From the NCBI GenBank assembly GCA_023819145.1, contig JAMWCW010000001.1, positions 154,474 through 218,473 of the forward strand: a stretch of DNA of 64,000 nt, written 5' to 3'. The notes beneath the pieces were generated by a model. The model was given only the letters and a program-made list of their open reading frames with translations. It did not search any database and was not told the origin of the DNA. The position numbers were made by a program, and so were the translations under genes. Below are positions 58,598 through 64,000 of the stretch, piece after piece. Source of the DNA: Candidatus Omnitrophota bacterium (GTDB lineage: Bacteria; Omnitrophota; Gorgyraeia; DTHP01). Every line of letters begins with the position of its first letter. Within the stretch, counting starts at the first letter, position 1.

Positions 58598-59818
58598 ATG
58601 CCTAAATATTTCTACCGTGCCCGTGACGAACAGGGAAAACTCATCGAAAAAACTACTGAGGCGGTTTCACAGGAACAGTTATTTAAGAATTTAAGCGCCA
58701 GCGGCTATTTTGTCATTGATATTGAAGAGAAAGAAGAGCTTATCTTTAAAACCCAACCCTCCTTTTCTTTAAATTTCCTAAAAAAAGTCAAACCCCGCGA
58801 CCTCATTGTCTTTACCCGTCAACTGGCGACTATGCTTCATGCTGGCGTTGCCTTTCTTGATGCTTTAAGCACCATTGGTGAGCAGACCGAGAATCTTAAA
58901 TTAAAAACCGTCATTAAAGACATTACCCGCTTAGTCAAAGAAGGTTCTTTATTTTCCAAAGCTCTGGCTAAATATCCCGCGATTTTTAACCAGCTCTATA
59001 CAAGTATGGTTGAAGTAGGGGAGGCAACGGGAACCTTAGAAGAGGTCTTAAACCGCATTGTTTTTATTATGGAACGTGATGAAGAGACCCGTGCTAAAAT
59101 AAAATCCGCACTCACTTACCCCGTAATTATTATCGTTATTGTCATTGGCGTGGTGGGCTTTCTTACCACCTTTGTCTTTCCCAAGTTTATTACTATTTTC
59201 CAGCAGGCAGGAATCACCCTTCCTCTTCCCACCCAACTGCTCTTTATGTTCAGCAATTTAGCCAAAAAACTCTGGATTCTCTGGCTGGCGGTAGTTTTTA
59301 TCGGGCTCTATCTGCTTAAGCGCTACCGCAAGACAGAAATCGGTCGTTATACCACTGACAAATTAATGCTTTCCTTGCCTTTAATGGGGAATTTAATTAA
59401 AAAGATTGTCTTAAGCCGCTTTACGCGGACGCTCGCTACCCTCTATGCCAGTGGTGTGCCTATTTTACGCTCGTTAGAGATTGTTGAACGCGGAATACCC
59501 AATTCCGTGTTGATCAAAATTATCCGCAAGATTCACGAAGATGTACGCGAAGGAAAATCCCTTGCCAAACCAATGAGCCAACACAAGGAATTTCCGCCGA
59601 TGATGGTGCAGATGATTGCCGTAGGCGAAGAAACCGGTTCTATTTCCGATATGCTTAATGAGGTTTCCCGTTCTTACGAAACCGAAGTAGAATACGCCTT
59701 AAAGAACCTTACTACTGCCATTGAACCGCTTTTAATTGTCTTTATGGGAGTAATTGTGGGCTTCACCGCTTTATCTTTATTCTTACCGATGTTTGATATG
59801 ATGAAGATGGTGAAATAG
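58598..59818 (+). CDS. pilC: Type IV pilus platform protein PilC / GspF family
   Basis: Two GspF repeats and three TM segments. Confidence 0.9.
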   Translation: MPKYFYRARDEQGKLIEKTTEAVSQEQLFKNLSASGYFVIDIEEKEELIFKTQPSFSLNFLKKVKPRDLIVFTRQLATMLHAGVAFLDALSTIGEQTENLKLKTVIKDITRLVKEGSLFSKALAKYPAIFNQLYTSMVEVGEATGTLEEVLNRIVFIMERDEETRAKIKSALTYPVIIIVIVIGVVGFLTTFVFPKFITIFQQAGITLPLPTQLLFMFSNLAKKLWILWLAVVFIGLYLLKRYRKTEIGRYTTDKLMLSLPLMGNLIKKIVLSRFTRTLATLYASGVPILRSLEIVERGIPNSVLIKIIRKIHEDVREGKSLAKPMSQHKEFPPMMVQMIAVGEETGSISDMLNEVSRSYETEVEYALKNLTTAIEPLLIVFMGVIVGFTALSLFLPMFDMMKMVK

Positions 59819-59832
59819 AATGCATTTTTTTC

Positions 59833-59861
59833 TTGACAACCCCCCGTCTTTTTGTTATATT
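59833..59861 (+). promoter_or_regulatory. sigma70-like promoter (TTGACA-17-TATATT) about 250 nt upstream of the major OMP gene
   Basis: Consensus hexamers. The long leader contains the GAGTTT repeat element. Confidence 0.45.
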
Positions 59862-59898
59862 TATAACCAATAAAATTCGTTCTTTTTAGAAGAATTTC

Positions 59899-59933
59899 GG
59901 ATTTAGGGTTTCGAGTTTTGAGTTTAAGTAATG
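59899..59933 (+). repeat. Copy B of the same element (GGATTTAGGGTTTCGAGTTTTGAGTTTAAGTAATG) in the leader of the OMP gene
   Basis: See copy A. Ends in an ATG that opens an 18-codon ORF. Confidence 0.6.
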
Positions 59934-60107
59934 GGCTTTACCACCGTGGATAACTTCAAATCCCGGCAGGAAAGGAGGGGAAACTAAGAAACGCCAAGAA
60001 GTTATCTCTCAAACGGTGATAAAGATATATAAGTTGAAACAGAAGATTTTTCCAGAAAAAAATTAATCTGGTTTAAGTAAGAGAACACAATAGGAGGGAG
60101 AAAAAAA

Positions 60108-61529
60108 ATGAGTAAAAAATTAACCTTAATTTTGGCTTTAGTAATTGTCGGCGGAATTTGTCTGCCCGCATTTGCTGAAGTCCAGAATGTTAAGGTCAGC
60201 GGAGATATTACCGTTTATGGCATCTACCGCGATGAGTATGATTTGGATAGCCGAAAGGGCGATGGCTCCGAATCCGAATATGATGACAATGCCTTTTACG
60301 CATCCATCGCCAGAGTAAGAATTGATGCTGACCTCACCGACAATGTCGGAGCAACCATCAGGTTGCTTAATGAAAGAGTCTGGGATGTAGAAGACTCTTG
60401 CTCGGATGACACAAGTATGAATTTAGATTTAGCCTATATCACCCTAAAAGAGTTCCTCTATTGTCCTTTGACCTTAACCATTGGTCGTCAGAATTTAAAG
60501 TTTGGTTCAGGTCTGGTTGTGGGTGATCCGGACACCAATGCGGCAGTAGGTTCCACCGCTCTTGATGGGACCATTGCTGAGGACTTAAGTGCCCGCAAAG
60601 CCTTTGATGCCATTCGTGCCACCTTAGACTATTCACCCTTTACTATTGATTTAATCCTCGCCAAGATTAACGAAGTAGACCAAACTGGTTCTACTAATAA
60701 TGGGGTAGAAGATGAGGACCTTTATGGGGTAAATGTTGCCTACAATGTGGGACAATACAATTCGGTAGTGGAAGGATACCTTTTTGTGAAGGATGCTGAT
60801 ACCGAATCTACAGATACAACTCTTACTGGTTTATCTCCCAGTGGCGACATTTATACTCTCGGTTTGCGTGGTGGACTTGAGCCAGTTAAGGGCTTAACCC
60901 TTACCGGTGAAGTTGCCTATCAGTTTGGTAAAGCACGGGAAGCCGGTGGGACGGAAAGAAAGCAAAGAGCTTGGGCTCTGGACTTAGACGGCGGTTATGT
61001 CTGGGATAATGAATATACCCCGGGCATTGGTTTAGGTTATTCCTATCGTTCGGGTCAAGACCCGGCAGTAACCACTGGCAAATACAAGGCATGGAATCCC
61101 ATGTATGAAGACCAGACCCAAGGAATTATTGCCGATTACATCCTTGCCGGTGTGAACAATGGGGTAACTTCTAATGCCTCCATTATCAAGGCTTATGGTT
61201 CGGTAAAACCAATCAAGGATGTTACTTTATCCGCTAATTACTACAACTATCGTTTAGTCAAGGCCTTGGTAAGCGCTGATGACAGTTCGTATGATGGATA
61301 TACAGATTCAGGTACCACTCTTGGAACCGTTTATATGAACAAGAGCAAAGCCTTAGGAGACGAAATTGACTTAGGCCTGACCTACAACTATACTGAAGAT
61401 GTGAGTTTTGGTTTAACTGCTGGTTGGTTCTTCCCGGGTAAGGCACTTAAGGGTAAGGACGGTAATGGTGAGAAAGCCAACGATGATACCGCTACTTCCA
61501 TCATCGGTTCGGTCAAGGTGGTCTTCTAA
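60108..61529 (+). CDS. Predicted major outer-membrane beta-barrel (porin-like) protein
   Basis: Signal peptide LALVIVGGICLPAFA, amphipathic beta-strands rich in Gly/Tyr/Asp/Thr and C-terminal ...VKVVF. GC-richer codons suggest high expression. Strong terminator downstream. Confidence 0.5.
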   Translation: MSKKLTLILALVIVGGICLPAFAEVQNVKVSGDITVYGIYRDEYDLDSRKGDGSESEYDDNAFYASIARVRIDADLTDNVGATIRLLNERVWDVEDSCSDDTSMNLDLAYITLKEFLYCPLTLTIGRQNLKFGSGLVVGDPDTNAAVGSTALDGTIAEDLSARKAFDAIRATLDYSPFTIDLILAKINEVDQTGSTNNGVEDEDLYGVNVAYNVGQYNSVVEGYLFVKDADTESTDTTLTGLSPSGDIYTLGLRGGLEPVKGLTLTGEVAYQFGKAREAGGTERKQRAWALDLDGGYVWDNEYTPGIGLGYSYRSGQDPAVTTGKYKAWNPMYEDQTQGIIADYILAGVNNGVTSNASIIKAYGSVKPIKDVTLSANYYNYRLVKALVSADDSSYDGYTDSGTTLGTVYMNKSKALGDEIDLGLTYNYTEDVSFGLTAGWFFPGKALKGKDGNGEKANDDTATSIIGSVKVVF

Positions 61530-61557
61530 GCGGGTTTAGCTTCTCTGGTGGTTTTAA

Positions 61558-61600
61558 AAAGACCCCGCCCCCAAGTACAATGAGGGCGGGGTTCTTGTTT
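61558..61600 (+). terminator. Intrinsic terminator after the OMP gene
   Basis: GACCCCGCCC...GGGCGGGGTTCTTGTTT is a GC-rich stem followed by a U-tract. Confidence 0.6.
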
Positions 61601-62393
61601 AAAAGGGGCCAGACCCCTTTTTGCCTGTCCCTTTTTTAGTTGATTTTTCACTTGCAATTTTTGCTTTTTATTTTTTATAATAATATCTATGCCTCGTGCA
61701 CCACGTGTATATTTTCCAGGCGCAGTATTTCATATTATTCAAAGAGGTAATAACCAACAAGAGATTTTCTTAGATGATAAGGATTACTGGCATTACCTTA
61801 AACTTCTTTTAGAGGCAAAGAAAGAATTTGGTGTTCTTGTTTATGGGTATGTGTTAATGCCTAATCATATTCACCTTATTCTTGAAACTCCCAACGAAAA
61901 CCCTATTTCTGAAATTATGAAATTTATTGGAGGAAGTTACGCAATATATTTCAACAAGAAATATAATCGCGTCGGTCATTTATTTCAAGGGAGGTTTAAA
62001 AGTATCTTAGTAGAGAAGGAATCTTATCTTTTAGAACTTTCTCGTTATCTTCATTTAAACCCTGTAAAAGCAGGGTTGGCTAAATCTCCCGAAGCTTATA
62101 AATGGACAAGTTTTAATATTTATACTGGAGAGAAAAGAGATTTATTAGTAGATACAAATTTCATTTTAGATTTATTTAATTTCAAAGACGAAGAAGAGAA
62201 AAGAGTTGCCTATAAATTGTTTGTGTTGGAAGGAATTAAGGAACTAGATAGAAAAGAAGACTGGTTAAAGAAGCATCTTAAATATCAACGTTTTCTTGCC
62301 ACAGCCAGCTTTATCGAAAAAATTAAAAGGGGTCTGACCCCTTTTAATGACCCCTTTTAATAATGACCCCTTTTAATAACTGACCCTTTTTGG
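61601..62393 (+). mobile_element. REP-RAYT unit: RAYT gene flanked by AAAAGGGG-N5-CCCCTTTT hairpins, plus downstream tandem TGACCCCTTTTAA repeats
   Basis: The hairpin at 61601-61621 (AAAAGGGGccagaCCCCTTTT) and the hairpin at 62322-62347 (TTAAAAGGGGtctgaCCCCTTTTAA) share the same stem. Three and a half tandem copies of TGACCCCTTTTAA lie at 62335-62393. Confidence 0.6.
61689..62360 (+). CDS. REP-associated tyrosine transposase (RAYT; IS200-like HuH Y1, COG1943)
   Basis: HuH motif MPNHIHLIL, GHLFQGRF and NPVKAGLAKSPEAYKWTSF (catalytic Tyr region). Flanked by matching palindromes. Confidence 0.75.
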   Translation: MPRAPRVYFPGAVFHIIQRGNNQQEIFLDDKDYWHYLKLLLEAKKEFGVLVYGYVLMPNHIHLILETPNENPISEIMKFIGGSYAIYFNKKYNRVGHLFQGRFKSILVEKESYLLELSRYLHLNPVKAGLAKSPEAYKWTSFNIYTGEKRDLLVDTNFILDLFNFKDEEEKRVAYKLFVLEGIKELDRKEDWLKKHLKYQRFLATASFIEKIKRGLTPFNDPF

Positions 62394-62400
62394 AGGGGAG

Positions 62401-64000
62401 ATGCTTTATTTGGCTTTTCTCTGGCACATGCATCAACCTTACTACCGGAACCTCTTGACCGGTGAAGTTTACCTTCCTTGGGTAAGACTTCATGGAATTA
62501 AGGATTACTTGGATATGCTTATTATACTGGAGCGCTACCCCAAGATTAAAGCCAATTTCAATTTAGTGCCTTCGTTGATTGACCAGCTTGAAGGTTATAC
62601 CCAAGGAACGGTTAAAGATGTTTATTTAGAAATTTCCCGCAAAAACGCCGAGGAGTTAACTACCGAAGACAAAATCTTTATTCTCTCCAAATTTTTCACC
62701 CTTAACTGGCACACCATGCTTAAGCCCTATCCCCGTTACAGTGAATTACTTAACAAACGGGGAGAATTCTTGAATTCCCGCGATGTTTCCCGCGCTTTAA
62801 AGAATTTTACTCTCCAGGACTTTCGCGACCTAATCACTTGGTTTAATCTCTCTTGGTTTGACCCCTATTTTAAAGAGCATATCCCTGAGTTGAAGGAGTT
62901 AGTTAATAAAGGCAAGCGTTTTACCGAAGAAGAGAAGAATTTGGTTCTGGAAAAACAGATCGAAATTTTAAAACAAATTCTTCCCAAATACAAAGCATTA
63001 GAGGAGACAGGCCAAATTGAAATAAGCGTAACCCCTTATTACCATCCGATTATGCCCTTAATTTTAGATTCTGATGCAAGTCGCGAAGCCCTCCCCAATA
63101 TACCTCTTCCTTCACAGCGCATTCAATTTCCTGAAGATTTAACTTGGCAGATTGAAAGTGCGGTAGAGAAGTATAGAGGCTATTTTGGCAAAAGACCTCA
63201 AGGGATGTGGCCATCAGAAGGATCGGTTTCCGAAGCGATTTTACCCTTTCTGATGAAGGCAGGGATAAACTGGATTGCCTCCGATGAGGAAATTCTCTGG
63301 CGTTCTTTAAAGCATGCCAAGTCCGATGAGCTTCTGTATCAGCCCTATCTTTTAGAGCGCAACCAAGGGAGATTAAACATTGTTTTTCGCAACCATACCC
63401 TTTCGGACTTAATTGGTTTTGTCTATCATCACTGGAATCATAAGGATGCAGTTGAGGATTTCTTGGGACGGCTGAGGAAAATTAGAGACACTCTTCCCAA
63501 AAACAGAAACTATCTTCTCCCTATCATCTTAGATGGGGAGAATGCTTGGGAGTATTATCAGCGCGATGGCTGGGACTTTCTTAACTTGCTCTATACCCGA
63601 CTCTCGGAAGAAGAAGGAGAAATTGTCTCTACTACTATCAGTGGTTTCTTAAGCGCCAATCCTCCTAAGGAAAATATCGGAAGACTCTTTGCGGGTTCCT
63701 GGATTAACGGAAATTTTTCCATCTGGATTGGCCAGGAGGAGAAGAATCTCTCCTGGGATTATCTTTTCCGAACGCGTAAGAACCTCGTAGAATTCTTGAA
63801 AAATAACCCCCAAGTTAAAGATTCTCCCGAGGCAAAACTTGCTTGGCAGAATATCTATGCCGCCGAAGGAAGCGATTGGAATTGGTGGTATGGACCGGAA
63901 CACGTCTCGGTGAACAACGAGGAGTTTGATAAAATCTACCGCACCCACTTAGCCAATGTCTATATTACTTTGGGTAGAGAAATTCCTGAGTTTTTGAAAG
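62401..64000 (+). CDS. Glycoside hydrolase family 57 alpha-glucan enzyme (branching/4-alpha-glucanotransferase type), 3'-truncated by the window end
   Basis: FLWHMHQPYY (GH57 motif I) and DGENAWEYY. ATG after GGAGGGGAG. Runs to the window edge. Confidence 0.8.
   Translation, partial: MLYLAFLWHMHQPYYRNLLTGEVYLPWVRLHGIKDYLDMLIILERYPKIKANFNLVPSLIDQLEGYTQGTVKDVYLEISRKNAEELTTEDKIFILSKFFTLNWHTMLKPYPRYSELLNKRGEFLNSRDVSRALKNFTLQDFRDLITWFNLSWFDPYFKEHIPELKELVNKGKRFTEEEKNLVLEKQIEILKQILPKYKALEETGQIEISVTPYYHPIMPLILDSDASREALPNIPLPSQRIQFPEDLTWQIESAVEKYRGYFGKRPQGMWPSEGSVSEAILPFLMKAGINWIASDEEILWRSLKHAKSDELLYQPYLLERNQGRLNIVFRNHTLSDLIGFVYHHWNHKDAVEDFLGRLRKIRDTLPKNRNYLLPIILDGENAWEYYQRDGWDFLNLLYTRLSEEEGEIVSTTISGFLSANPPKENIGRLFAGSWINGNFSIWIGQEEKNLSWDYLFRTRKNLVEFLKNNPQVKDSPEAKLAWQNIYAAEGSDWNWWYGPEHVSVNNEEFDKIYRTHLANVYITLGREIPEFLK

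Noticed and set aside
59950-59975. tRNA-like T-loop motif CTTCAAATCCCGG
   Set aside because: The flanking bases cannot form a T-stem, acceptor stem or anticodon arm. No tRNA could be folded by eye here or in any other intergenic gap.
62335-62393. Tandem TGACCCCTTTTAA repeats as a possible CRISPR array
   Set aside because: The repeat unit is only about 13 nt, with 0-4 nt between copies and no spacers. It is contiguous with a REP hairpin and a RAYT gene, so it is REP-type, not CRISPR.

Overview
This 64 kb window is AT-rich (GC sampled between roughly 30 and 48%) and looks bacterial. TAG, TAA and TGA all terminate well-supported genes, so the standard code applies. Outer-membrane beta-barrel proteins ending in Phe suggest a Gram-negative-type cell envelope. 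Most of the window is densely packed housekeeping genes on the + strand. These include rpsO-pnp-ftsK, rodZ-like, rimO, pgsA, recA, htrA, recX, and a long translationally coupled alaS-hisDBAI-trpEGDCF block. They also include miaB-like/miaA/hflX, glgC, panE-family, rex, apbE, type IV pilus pilB/pilC, and a partial GH57 glucan enzyme. cinA and thpR are the only housekeeping genes on the - strand. The stretch most likely to be a novel or accessory system is about 1.3 kb at roughly 38.73-40.03 kb. It carries its own consensus sigma70 promoter wrapped in two inverted-repeat operator pairs. That promoter drives a small basic protein and a nucleotidyltransferase-fold protein with GS...DxD motifs, which resemble AbiEii/MenT-type tRNA-targeting toxins. 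The second gene ends in a TAATG overlap with a TRAM-less miaB-like gene. The module is bracketed upstream by a degenerate duplicate of the miaB 5' end, which looks like an insertion footprint. Other accessory or odd features are listed here. A RAYT-type HuH transposase lies between matching REP hairpins, followed by tandem TGACCCCTTTTAA repeats. A roughly 38-nt element with GAGTTT direct repeats is duplicated upstream of two unrelated genes. A conserved gene is interrupted by an in-frame TAG. An MFS transporter is split by a single-nucleotide slip in a T6 homopolymer. A CPA2 antiporter is fused to a PtsN-like EIIA domain. A 331-aa protein contains five internal repeats. A CHASE2-PP2C sensor phosphatase overlaps a gene with a PD-(D/E)xK-like motif. 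Several secreted or cell-surface proteins of unknown function are also present. I found no rRNA, tRNA or CRISPR array.
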